Source: Camelus dromedarius (taxonomy: Eukaryota). Taken from it: a stretch of 64,000 bases of DNA. The number at the start of each line of letters is the position of its first letter. Within the stretch, counting starts at the first letter, position 1. Made by a program: the position numbers and the translations under genes. Below, one piece after another: positions 25,065 to 37,322 of the stretch. The stretch covers positions 113,214,001 to 113,278,000 of the forward strand of contig NC_087436.1 in assembly GCF_036321535.1 (NCBI RefSeq), written 5' to 3'. The notes under the pieces were generated by a model. The model was not told where the DNA came from. It did no database searches and saw only the letters and a program-made list of their open reading frames with translations.

Positions 25065-26725
25065 ACCTCTTTGGCACTGTGGTTTATGGAGTATCAGTTG
25101 TTTATTTTGGTCCTTAAGGATTTTATCTCTCTGATGCCTATTTAGGAATAGAACTTAGGAAAAAAAGAAAAAAAAAGAGAGAGAAAGAATTTTAAAAGAA
25201 GGGAGAAAGAGGGTTTGAAAACAGTGTATAATGAATAATAGAAGAGTGAGTTGAAGCAGAGTATTAATTGGGTTGAGACGTCCTTTTAAAACCTTTACAA
25301 AAAAGGGGGGGGGGGAGATGAATAGATGTATTTGAAACCTGTGTCTAATCAATAGCAGGACATCAAAACCCAAGAGAAATAGAAATGAATTAAAAAGTAA
25401 AGATTAAGAGAGTAATAGAAAATAGAACAGGTAAAAAGAGATTTAAAAAAAAAAAAGGGTGGGGGGTTGTTGGTGTTCTCCTGGAGTCTGTGTGCTTTTA
25501 ATGTGAAGTCTTTCTGTCTTCGTCCTGTTTTGGAAACTCAGCTTGCTGTTTTCAGAGGTCCTCCGTTGGCGCCCTCTTCTGTGCTGCTCCCAGCACCTGT
25601 CGGCAAGCAGATCGCGCCTCCTCCTAACACTGGGTCAGGTGCAGCTCTCTGCTGTGGGCGGGCGGGTCGCTGCCCCTCCGGATGCCGCAGTCAGATGTTG
25701 CAGACTGGCCGGGTAGGAGGGCGGGTCGTGCCCCCTCCCAGCACCTCGGTCAGGGGCTGTGTTCCTGCCCGAAAGGCGGGGTGGGGGGGCCGCTCTCCCT
25801 CTACCTGCGCCGCCGGTAGCTCCGCTGCTCTGTGCGGCTGCGCGCTCCGCCCTGGTCGGCGCTCAGCGGGTGGGCTCGGGGAAGACCGAGGGACAGCCCT
25901 GTCCCTGCTCCGAGCCAAAACCCAGCTCCTTGTTTGTCTTTGTGGAGCAAGTTCTCTGAGGGACCAGGATGGAAGGATCCTATCTGCCCCGGGCTGCAGG
26001 CCAGTCTCAGTCTGGCCTTTGAGGCTGCTAAGCCCTTCGGTGCGGATGCAGGTTTCGCCCCCGCCCCCGCCTGAGTGCTCAGCGCGGAGGATATGGCGGC
26101 TGAGCCTGAGCCCCGCCTCTCTTCCCCCGAAAACTTTCCGCGGGTTTTCAGAGATGGGGGTGTGCACCCTTCCCCCGAGAGCACATCAACCTTGCTGTTT
26201 TATGGAGGGCCCAGGTTGTTCTGCCCTGTGCACCCACAGCCACGGCGCGCAGCCCCTTGCGTTCCCCCGGGGCTGCCTCCGTGCAGCCACTTCCGTCCTC
26301 CGCCCGGCTTGTGCAGCCTGGCCCTGCCCGCGGCTGCCGGCCCGCGTCTCAGGCTGGGTGTCGGGGGGACGCTCTGTGCCCATTTAACTTAGTTCTGTTA
26401 GTCAAGGGCTGCTCTGTACAGATCCGAGCCTCGGAGGCTCCCCCTCCGTCCCGCTGGCCTCTCAGTTGGAGAGGGGAGACCCAGCGAGCGCCAGTCCTCC
26501 TTTGCCGCTCCCTCCCCGCGGGACCCGTCCCGCGCTGCTTTGCCTTTTGTTCCTTCTTTTCTCCTACCAGATTTTTGGCGTCTTTATCTTTTGAAGAGGG
26601 CGATGTTCTGTCGGAGTTCCACAGGTGCTCTGGTTGGCTGAGTGGGTCTGTAGATGTGGGTCTTGGTGTATTTGTGGGAGAGGGTGACCTGCGAGCATCC
26701 TTCTACTCCGCCATCTTCTCCGTCT
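25065..26725 (-). promoter_or_regulatory. L1 5'UTR internal promoter, CpG-island-like, with terminal YY1-type site
   Basis: Dense CpG from ~25560 to 26720. AAGATGGCGG (plus GCCATCTT, 26710-26717) lies close to the 5' end, as in other mammalian L1s. Confidence 0.85.
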
Positions 26726-27812
26726 CAGTAATTGTTTGATAAAAGTGAATTACGTATATTAAAATGGGGGAGAGATCATACATATTCCGTAGAGCTCCAG
26801 GGAGGAGAACCAAGACCACAGAGGGAAACTTCAGTGAAATTCAGTGATACGTACTGGCACGTTTAAAGATAAAAACATGAGATGTGAAGGCTGATTGTCA
26901 AGGAAAGTGAGTGGGTCTTATAAGTGGGAGTTCAATAGTTGCTTGTGATGTGGAGTAGTATTAATCACTTCCATGCCACGTAGATCACACATTAAGGGAG
27001 TGGGGCCAACCGCATGATCCTGAGGTGAAAGTAGTCTTCAGGGCTGGTCTATCCACAGTCCCATGGGAACCGCCGTATCAGAGACTGCCTTTCCTCTGCT
27101 GGAAAATAAAAAGGGCAGATTAAGTGATTTATAAGACCTCTTTCAACTCTAAAATCCCCTGATTCAGCATTTCCATGATGTGGGCCGGTGATGGGAGGGT
27201 GTCAGAACTCTCAGGAAGGATGGAACAACATGAGAAGAAGGTCTTCTGTTGGCAGACGTCTCTGCAGCTGCTATCGCTGCTCTCCCCGGGACCTTGGACT
27301 TTAGGGTCAGGCAAGCTCTCCCATGCACCACAGGCCAGTGTACGCCCAAAGAGAATTTTATATTCCTTGCAGGCCAGGGCTGAGTTCCCCAGCATGGAAA
27401 CTGGCATGCTCAAAGTGCTCAATGAGCTTGCAGAGAATGGAGGGAGGAAATGTTTGTGGCAGAACTTCCTGGACACTGCCTTCAATCTCATTTTCATTCT
27501 GTATTTTCCTGGCTCTTAACCCCCTTTGACTAAATTTTCTGTTCCTGGCTCTGTGTTTTCTCCTTGGAACCATCAAGGACTTCAGCGTCTCCAGAACTGG
27601 CCCTGCTTACTTGCCCTCTGTGGAGTGTGCATTCCCACACCACCCTCCTCTCCAGCTTCAGGAAACTGCAGCCCCCAGCTGGCCCTTTCAGATGCCACCT
27701 CAACCAAATCTCCAACTTGTGTGCCAAACGGAGCTCCCTCTTTCAGCCTCATCTCCTTCATGTCCTTACCTCACATCTCTTCAACTCTTATTTACTTTCC
27801 TCTTCTAAGCAA

Positions 27813-28347
27813 TTTTTTAAACTTTTTTTTAATTGAAGTATAGTCAGTTTACAACGTTGTGTCAGTTTCTGGTGTGCAGCATAGTTCAGTCATGCACATA
27901 CATACATATGTACATACATATATTCACCTTCATATTCTTTTTCATCATAGGTTACTACAAGGTATTGCATATAGTTCCCTGTGCTATAGAGTAGAAACTT
28001 GTTGTTTATCTATTTTATATATAGTAGTGCACATCTGCAAATCCCAAGCTCCCAATTTATCCCTTCCCACCCTCTTCCCTCCCTGGTAACCATAAGTTTG
28101 TTTTCTATGTCTTTGAGTCTATTTCTGTTTTGTAAATAAGTTCATTTGTCTTTTTTTTTTCTTCTTAGATTCCACTTATAAGTGATACCATATGATATTT
28201 TTCTTTCTCTTTCTGGCTTGCTTCACTTAGAGTGACATCTCCAGGTCCATCCACATTGCTGCAAATGGCATTACTTTATTATTTTTTTATGGCTGAGTAG
28301 TATTCCATTGTATAAATATATCACAGCTTCTTTATCCAGTCATTCGT
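27813..28347 (-). mobile_element. 5'-truncated LINE-1 3' end
   Basis: T-rich tail, then ATTGAAGTATAGTCAGTTTACAA... similar to 33709-34210 and to the young L1 3'UTR/ORF2 end. Confidence 0.9.
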
Positions 28348-28489
28348 ATGAAAGAGCAATGGTTTTCTGAATAGTTAAATTGTTTAGATCATTTAAAACA
28401 GAAAGCCATAATTGACCTGTCCTGAGAAACTGTCACACACCCTGACTGGTATAGTAGTTGCTCAATACATTTGGTAATAAAGACTGCTA

Positions 28490-28925
28490 GGCAGTCATCA
28501 GCTCTTATTTCCTTTTTCCCTTTTGGGTGCATAGCTTGACTGCATTTCTCAGCCTCCTTTGCAGATAGGCAGGGCCAAGTGACTGAGTTTCAGCCAATGG
28601 ATTGTGGGCACCAAAAATGTATGTCCCTACCAAGTCCCTAAATCTCCCTCTCTAACCTCAATGCTCTCTCTCTCTTCTTCTCTTTGCTGTTTGGATGCAG
28701 GGTATCCAGTGACAGATTCTGAGGCCCTGAGGGATGTTGGAGCCAGTAGATGGAGTCTGAGCCCCTAAAATGATAGCAGAGTCACTGCATGAAAGACTCT
28801 GGGTCCTTGAATGAAACAGAGAGGCTCCTCTTTGCCGACTTTCCCTGGACTGTGACATCAATAAGAAACAACCTTTGGAGTATGCGGGGCTGTTTGTTAC
28901 AGCATTGACTCTCTGACTAATACAA
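28490..28925 (+). mobile_element. MaLR (MLT1-like) LTR
   Basis: GCATTTCTCAGCCTCCTTTGCAGATAGG...CAGCCAATGG...TGTTACAGCA...CTGACTAATACA. Confidence 0.7.
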
Positions 28926-29076
28926 CACATTCATGTGCCCCAAACTTCGATGCTCCATCTCGGCCTCCTTGAATCTCTAGGCTGGTGCTTCTCATGGGAA
29001 AAATTTGATCAATTCTGAAACAATTCTACCAAAAAGTACATGTTTAGACACATTCCTCTTAAACATCTTTCCAATA

Positions 29077-29077
<1 letters not shown>

Positions 29078-29130
<53 letters not shown>
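29078..29130 (+). repeat. (TG)n microsatellite, ~26 units
   Basis: Direct reading. Confidence 0.97.
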
Positions 29131-29131
<1 letters not shown>

Positions 29132-32100
29132 CAAGGTTGGGGGAACTTCTTCCAGTGAAGTAAACAGATTGGCTTTGAGGTCTAATCATCTGGTATGTGC
29201 TGTTACAACTAAAATGACCCAAATAGAAAATCTCATCTTAAGGGGAAAAAAGGAGCTATCTCTATGCTCTGGTGGCCAGTGGTTACTGTGGCAAAATTAT
29301 TGTCTGTTCTCCCAGATTATGCTGTTTTTGGCAGAGGCTCCAACTTATGACCTTTCTAAATTAAAGTTTTCCCTTGGAGAAGGATTTCGAGAGAGGAATT
29401 TAACAATGAGGAAAGAACAGATAGGTTTCTGCCCCATAGAGCTCGCCAGCGATGTCACTTCCAAACCCCGAGATAGGAAACACTTCCCCTAATTAGCCAA
29501 CAACCACATGTGCTTCAGTAATTTGCTTTTCTTCACCCCATCAGCTGCTTTCCAGGGCATGTGAGATGAGGAGAACATCAAGTTATCTCCTAGCTGTTCT
29601 GGGTATCTCTTTAAGAGATAGTGTCAAAAAATATAGTAGGGGAAAAACCAAGTCAAGAACAACATCATTTTGTCCTTTGTGGTTTTTTTGCTCCATTTGA
29701 TATCTGCCTTTTCTTCTGCTATGTGCATCTGTGTGCGATGAACTGGCCGGTGTTACTTACAGCTGGGATAATCAGCTGAGATCCAGGGAACCCCAACTCT
29801 CTCTATCTGGGGGGAATGCAAAAGCTACTAGGGACTGTTTACCATGGGGTTTCTTCCTAAATGATGGGTTACTCTATGAGACCAATCTAGTTAAGTTAAA
29901 AGGCTGGGAAATACCCTTTTTATTTTCTTCCCATTTGAGCATTCACAGTGGAACTGAAAAAGTGACTGTTATCAGTAGTGACAGTTGCTGTCAGTTCTTC
30001 ATAGATCAAAGGTTCCTAAACTTTATAGAAGGAGAATTTTCACTTTTCCAGCATCTTGGGAATCACCTGTGGGCAGTGGAGGTTGGAACAGAGGCGGACT
30101 TGGGTAGAGGTAGAGACCTTGCCGATCTCAGTCAGTGTGACTTTGGGAGGGTCGCAGAAACTCTCAGCCCATTTCCTTTTTTGTAATCTAGTGATGGCAG
30201 TAACCACATCAAGGGTACTGAGAGGGTGAAGTGGGCTAACGAAGGAACAGTAGCTGGCTCAGTGCCTGACACTTAACAGATGTTCAAAAATTCTGTCCTC
30301 CTCCCGAGAGTGGCAGCGGAGGTCCCGATGATCTCTGTGTTGTCCCGCTAAGAACTCTAGAAATAAGCAGGGTAGGTATGGAAGGGCAGGGTGGCCATCT
30401 GGTGGGAGAGCCACCGCACCGTGGCCAGAGAGCCTAGGCCTTTCAATCTCATCGCTTCACGGAGGAGGAATTTAAGTCTGCAAGAGGGGATGTGGTGTTT
30501 CCGATGCTGCCTGAATAGCAGGAGGTGGAGCAGGGACCCAAGTCTGCTCCTCTGTTGCCTTTCATACTATTTCTCGAGCATGTACTAAATGCCACATGTT
30601 TACAACAATCCCATGAGATGGGCTTTATTATGGCTCCCATTTTACAGCTGAGGACACTGATGCTCAGACCAGCCAAGTTCCTCGCCTGTATCTGTTCACC
30701 AGGCACATGGTAGAGCATCCCTGGTCCATTGGTCTCTGGAGCTTTTATTCATCACGTTGTTTTCTGCCACCAGAAAGAGGCTCTGTGAGTCACCAGTATG
30801 TTCCAGTTCCAGAGGTCAGAACTCCAGCAAGACATCCAGAGACGAACCAAAGATACAGAGTTGGTAAGCCAGTTCTTTTCTGCTCATTATTTTGTACCAG
30901 ATGTAAAAGTTCAATCAGCAAGAACGCCTCCAGCCAGCAAAAGGTCTACTTCCTGTCTGTCTTTTTAGACTAGGTTCTCCTGGTGAGCTGCAAAGGGGCT
31001 TCGAGCCCAGAGGCGTTTGACAGGATAACAGAATGAACCAGCTTCATTCCCACAAACACCACTTCCAAGTCTCTATGAGGTAACCGTGGTTCACTGCCCA
31101 GCTTAGACTGGAATGGCCGAGCTCCAGGGAGTCCCCCACACCCATGGCAGAGCCGGCATCTGGATGCCCAGATGGAAGGGCGGTCACAGAAAGTCCAGCC
31201 CATCCCTTGGCCACTTAATGCAGACTTTTTAAAGAGCTCTCTGTGAGCAGCTGTGGCACCAGGGCATCTTGGCAGATGACAGCAAGTTAGAGGAGAATAG
31301 ACCTCAGGAGGAAATACTGTTTGCAGCCTGGGTATCCTTTCCATGATCACTATCTCCTCTTTCCTGCCCAGTGTCAGACCTGGCACTTTCTAACACAATG
31401 ATTCTGGTGCAAACCTGCAACCTAACACTGCGGAATAGCCATGCACGAAAGTGGAGGCAGATGGTGCCTCCTGTGCACAACCCAGTTCCCAGCCCCTCCT
31501 GTCTGCCGGGAAGCAGGGTGCAGTCACAGGACACATGGCGGCTTTGCCACTTCGCAGCCTTGGACCAGCTTCTAAACTTTCCTTGACCTCGGTGTCCATA
31601 TCTACGATGGGGACAACAACTGTCATTACCTCATAAACAGTTAAGAGAATTAAATGAGCTAATAAATATGGAACCCTCAAGACAGCCCCACGTGCATGCT
31701 AAGCGCCATGGAGGGGCGATGTAACCATTAGGACATCTCCTCAGCAGTGAGTTGAGGATAATGACAGCACATTCATAGGACTGTTGGAAAGGACAAAAGA
31801 CTGGGTGTTTTTGAAGGACTGGGTATGAGGCAGGTGCTCGGGGGTGAGTACTGGGTCTCATGCCGAGAACAGAGGTGCTTCCAAGAGTGCTGGTTTGGGG
31901 GTCCTGGAAGCAGACGCCCAAGTCCTCTCTGTCAATCACCAAGTGAATATTATACAGGTCAGGTGATTCACGGATGCAGTTCATTGTTCCAGGAGGTGAT
32001 AATTAAGGCAAATGAGAGTCAGGTAGCAGCAGGGTAGGCTTAGGTCAGGATTTCCAGCTTGGAGCTGATTCCACGGTCCAAGACTGAGGCAATCTTGGGC

Positions 32101-32854
32101 AAATCTCTCCTCCACTTTGATTTCAACTCTGTCTTTGATAAATGGAGACTTCAGGTGACGTCTCAATTTCCCGTTAATGCGGACATCCAATAACATTGCT
32201 TTGGGATATTACTCCCATCCTGGGAAAAATGGAAACTCAAGAGAGCAGTTTGGCGATACCTAGTTTCCATGAAGGCGCACGCGCGCACCTCCGTGGCAGA
32301 AGTGTCAATAACTTTACATTTGTTCATTCCACGAATAGTTTTGAGCCTTCCTTATTGCCTCGAATTCCCAAGCCCTGTCCTAGAAGCTGGGCGGACCCAG
32401 TGAACAGAACTAATAAAACTCCAGCTGTTAAGAAGCCTGGTAGGCAAACAAAAAATAATATAGAGTACGACGGTGAGAGCTTTGGAGAAGCCGACGGAGA
32501 GGGAGGCTTGTAATTTTAGGCGGGTGGCTGGGGGAGCCCCCTGCGAAGGCGGTGGCTGTGGACCGTGCGCCTCCTGCTTCCACGGTGCATGGAGCCCGGC
32601 GTGCAGCAGGCAATGAGTACAGATCAGATGGATGAGCAGAGCTTGAATCCTGAAAAGGCTGATTTGGATGCATTTGTGGATAGTCAGTATATTTTGGTCT
32701 AAATGATTTAGCTCTGACAGTTTCCAGAGCAAGACTGAAACAATATTACCATAATTTTAAATCCGAGAAGCGCAGGGGAACGAGAGCCACCTTCTCCTCC
32801 CAAACCAGGCCCAGCCGCGGAGGCGCAGCGCAGGGAGAGACGTTATTTGCGCAT

Positions 32855-32870
32855 TGCTGCCCCCTCGTGG
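32855..32870 (-). promoter_or_regulatory. CTCF-binding motif in CpG-enriched unique DNA
   Basis: Minus strand CCACGAGGGGGCAGCA closely matches the CTCF core. The surrounding 32270-32940 region is CpG-enriched. Confidence 0.6.
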
Positions 32871-33708
32871 TTGCATAAAATATAGCCGCAACTCTACATT
32901 TGTTGACTTAAGGTAAAATATGCCAGTGCGCATGCACCATCATCACTGGGGTCTTGGGATTACACTATCAGTGTGGCGACCATATCTTTCAAATCCAAAA
33001 GTCTTAATAGAATGGTTTTTAAGGGACAAATGGTTAGAATATATGAAATGAGGACTATTTTAGATAAGTCAGTACAATGACAAGGCATCTTACTCTTCCC
33101 GTAGTAGAACAGACCGTCTCCGCTCAAATAACCCTTCTTGAGTTTATGAGGATCGTAAGGGATCAGAGCTCTTAGGAAGCTGAGACATATCCCAGCCCCT
33201 CAAACTCCAGGAATGTTTCCTAGGGCGTCTACGTGTGGACTTCAGGGACCCTCTAAGTTTTTGTTTGGGAACGCTATTCCCAAAATGTTTAGGAAAGGGT
33301 CAGATCCAACTAGCTGGGAAACTGAGCCGGTTGTCCAAGGCGCGTTCTCCACAAAATGAGACACTCATGGCTTATCACTGTGGTTGTTCTGGCGGGAACA
33401 TTCTGTTTCCTTTATACACACATTCCTCATTCTACCTCTTATCCAGGTGACCGGTAATTAGGTCACTTCTGTTTCTAAGTTGGTGACAAGTTATCTAACC
33501 ACCAGAATCTGTTTTCTCGTCTAACGAAAGAAGATAATCTGCTGGATAAGGTTAATCAACACATGAGTGAGAAAAGGCATGTGGAAGAAAGTAGTATAAT
33601 ATCAAGCACCTGGTAGATTAATAAATGCCTTTAAAAACAAGCTTGTTAAACACTGATGTCTATATAAACTTAGAAAGCATCCAAGATTCAAAAGTGATGT
33701 GAAGTCTT

Positions 33709-34606
33709 TTTATTGAAGTATAGTCAGTTTACAGTGTGTCAATTTCTGGTGTACAGCATAATGTTTCAGTCATATATAGACAAACATATATTTGCTTTCA
33801 TATTCTTTTTCATTATAGGTTACTACAAGATATTGAATATGGCTCCCTGTGCTGTACAGAAGAAACTTGTTGTCTATCTATTTTATACATAGTAGTTAGT
33901 ATCTGCAAATCCCCAAATCCCAATTTATTCCTTCCCACCCCTTCCCCCACCCAGTAACCATAAGTTCATTTTCTATGTCTGTGGGTCTGTTTCTGTTTTG
34001 TAAATAAGTTCATTTGTGTCTTTATTTTTAGATTCCACATATGAGTGATGTCATATGGTATTTGTCTTTCTCTTTCTGGCTTACTTCACTTAGAATGATG
34101 ATCTCTAGATCCAGCCATGTTGCTGCAAGTGGCATTATTTTATTATTATTTGTTATGGCTGAGTAGTATTCCATTGTATAAATGTACCACAACCTCTTTA
34201 TCCAGTCATCTGTTGACGGACATTTGGGCTGTTTCCATGTCTTGGCTATTGTCTATAGTGTTGCTATGAACACTGGGGTGCATGAATCTTTCTGAATTAG
34301 AGTTCCCTCGAAAAATATGCCCAGGAGTGGGATTGCTGGATCATAGGGTAAGTCTATTTTTGGCTTTTTGAGGAATCTCCATACTGTTTTCCATAACGGC
34401 TGCACCAAACATTCCCACCAGCAGTGTAAGAGGGTTCCCTTTTCTCCACAGCCTCTCCAGCATTTATTGTTTGTGGACTTTTTAAATGATGGCCATTCTG
34501 ACTGGTGTGAGGTGATACCTCATTGTAGTTTTGACTTGCATTTCTCTGATAATTAGCGATCCTGAGCATTTTTTCATGTGCCTATTGGCCATTTGTATGT
34601 CTTGAC
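33709..34606 (-). mobile_element. 5'-truncated LINE-1 (~0.9 kb)
   Basis: High similarity to 19650-20530. Exact TSD TGTGAAGTCTT at 33698-33708 and 34607-34617, followed by AA (EN site TCTT/AA). Confidence 0.93.
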
Positions 34607-36185
34607 TGTGAAGTCTTAACTGATGAATCATTCCTGACATTAGGTTCCTGGTAAGCTACAAATAATCTTTCAAATGGTAAAAATTTCTTATTGATGGGCT
34701 CTATTCATTTTTTTCCAGGTCTATTTTGATCAGAGAATACTTTGGAAGCCATTAGGGGGAAAATTCTGCTGTCTTTTGTATTTGAAGATAACACTGCTAA
34801 TTCCATTTCTGTTCACGCTTAGTTCTGATTGAGAACAATATCCCATGATAAAGGCTTACGTTTCCTACATCACATTCCCAGCAAAACTGCTGTGGGTCTG
34901 CATCTCGGAGTCCTTGTTTGCAGAGTCAACTGCTTTCTCTTTTTTCCTTTTAGATCTTTAAATTTCTCATTTTTATTATAACAACAGTAAAATGTGATTA
35001 CTGTAAATAAAATGGAAACATTACAGAAACACATGTCCCATAAAGAAACATTTTCCATAATCCCAACCTTCTCTCAAAGGTTCGGCGTATTATCTTGTTC
35101 ATTTTATTTAATGAATAAACCACTGTGTGTATGTGTATTTTACAAACATGGGATCAGACTATCATGTTGCTCTGCAGTTGGATTTTTTTTTAACTTTACA
35201 CACCTTGAATAAGTTCTACATCAGTCTGCCTCCTCTCTGTCTCCCTGTCTCTCTGTAATCGTTGTGTATTCCATAGCCACGTGTACCTGCTGTAACTGCA
35301 GTTTTCTGTCCAGGTGGCCTGCTGCATTTGATCCACGGGAGATCAAAGACCTCATCCATGCAAGGTGCCTCAAAGCCTGGAGGAAAAGGAAAAGCAAGTG
35401 AGAGCGACCTCCTCCGAGCCTGCAGAGCGGTGGGCAGTAAGCGTAGCTGAACCCGCGGAGGGCGAAGAACCTGGAGGCATTGTCAACAGTGTTCCTTAGA
35501 AGCTGGACGGTAACCTCATCTACCCATAAGAATCATAGACTTTTTATTTATTTTTAAAATTTGCATATTAACCCTTTATTTCTGACTTGTACGTAGTTTA
35601 CTTCCAAGGAGGAGTTAAAGGGAGAGGTATATCAATTACTGGCATGAAATGTAGGTAGAAAAACTTTGAAGGTAACTGATAATTTATTCTCTTAATATCT
35701 AAAATATGCCTACCCCTCTTAATACTATGAGATTATAGACACCATTTTCTATTGAAATGTAATCGATTTACAATATTTTAGTTTCAGTTGTACAGCATGG
35801 TGATTCAGTATTTTTATAGATTATACTTCACTGAACATTATTACAAAACAATGGCTATCATTCCTGTGCTGTGTAATATATTCTTGTTGCTCACCTATTT
35901 TATACACAGTAGTTTGTATCTCTTAATCCTAGACCCCTAACTCGCTTTCCACCTTCTCTTCTCCCCACTGTGGTTACCACTAGTTTGTTTTCTATATCTG
36001 TGAGTTTGTCACTGTTTTGTTATACACATTTTTTTTTGGTTTTAGTTTTTAGATTCCACATATAAGTGATAACATATAATATTTGTCTCGTCCGACTCAT
36101 ATCACTAAACATAATATTCCCTAAGCTCATCCAATGTTGCTGCAAAAGGTAGAATTTCATTCTTTTCATAGCTGAGTAATATTCT

Positions 36186-36191
<6 letters not shown>

Positions 36192-36220
<29 letters not shown>
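36192..36220 (+). repeat. (TA)n microsatellite within L1
   Basis: Direct reading. Confidence 0.95.
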
Positions 36221-36224
<4 letters not shown>

Positions 36225-37291
36225 ACCACATCTTCTTTATCCAGTCACCTGTTCATGGACACTTGGGCTGCCCCCTTACCTTAGCTATTGTAAATAGTGC
36301 TGCCAAGAACTTTGGGGTGCATGTGTCTTTTTGAATTAGTGTTTTCATTTTTTTCTGGATATACACCCAAAAGTGGAATTGCTGGATCATATGGCAGTTC
36401 TATTTTTAGCTTTTTGGGAAACCTCCTTACTGTTTTCCATAATGGCTATACCAATTTACATTCTTAACAACGGGTTTCCTTTTCTCCACATCCTCACGTA
36501 CATTTGCATTTACAGACTTCTTGATGATAGCCACCCTGATTGGTGTGAGGTGATATCTCATTGTTTGTTTGATTTGCATTTCTCTAATAAGTAACAATGC
36601 TGAGCATCTTTTCATGTGCCTGTTTGTCATTTGTATGTTTTCTTTGGAAAAAAATCTATTCAAGTCTTCTAGCCATCTTTTAGATTGGGTTTTTTTGTGT
36701 GCGTTCGCTTGTGTGTTGTTTTGTTTTTTGGTACTGAGTTGTATTAGCTGTTGATATATTTTGGAGATTAATCCCTTGTCGATCATTTTTTAATTTCTCC
36801 TTCGATTCTAAATGGTAATATTTCTGGATAGAGTATCCTGGGTTGCAGATTTTTCCCTTTTCAGCACTTTGAATATATCTTTCCACTGCCTTCTGGCCTG
36901 CAAAGTTTTTGCAGAGAAATCAGCTGATAGCCTTATGGGAATTCCCTTGTGTATAACTTTGTTTTTCTTTTGTTGCCTTTAGAATTCTCTCTTTAACTTT
37001 TGCCATTTTAATTATATGTCTTAGTGTGAGTCTGTTTGAGTTCATCTTATTTGGGACCCTCAAATACATTCCTCACATACATTTTCGATTTTCTTCACTC
37101 TCTGTCTTCTCCCTTGAGGACCCCTGTAATGTGGATGTTGGCACTCTTAATATTATCTAAAGCTCTCTTAAGCTGTTTTTATTATTGTAATCTGTTTTCC
37201 TTTTTGCTGGTCTGATTGGTTGATTTCCATTAGTCTATCTTCCAGTCACTTATGTGTTCTTCTGTATCCTTTAGTCTGTTATTCATTCCTC

Positions 37292-37293
<2 letters not shown>

Positions 37294-37322
<29 letters not shown>
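37294..37322 (+). repeat. (TG)n microsatellite within L1 ORF1 fossil
   Basis: Direct reading. Confidence 0.95.

Larger units (their letters stand above)
19344..26725 (-). mobile_element. Full-length LINE-1 insertion including ~280 bp 3' transduction (L1 body 19633-26725)
   Basis: 5' end on minus reads ACGGAGAAGATGGCGGAGTAG. CpG-rich 5'UTR, ORF1, ORF2 (EN/RT/Cys), 3'UTR with AATAAA (19648-19653) and A8 (19633-19640). Exact TSD CAGTAATTGTTT at 19332-19343 and 26726-26737, with a second T-run at 19341-19351. Confidence 0.97.
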
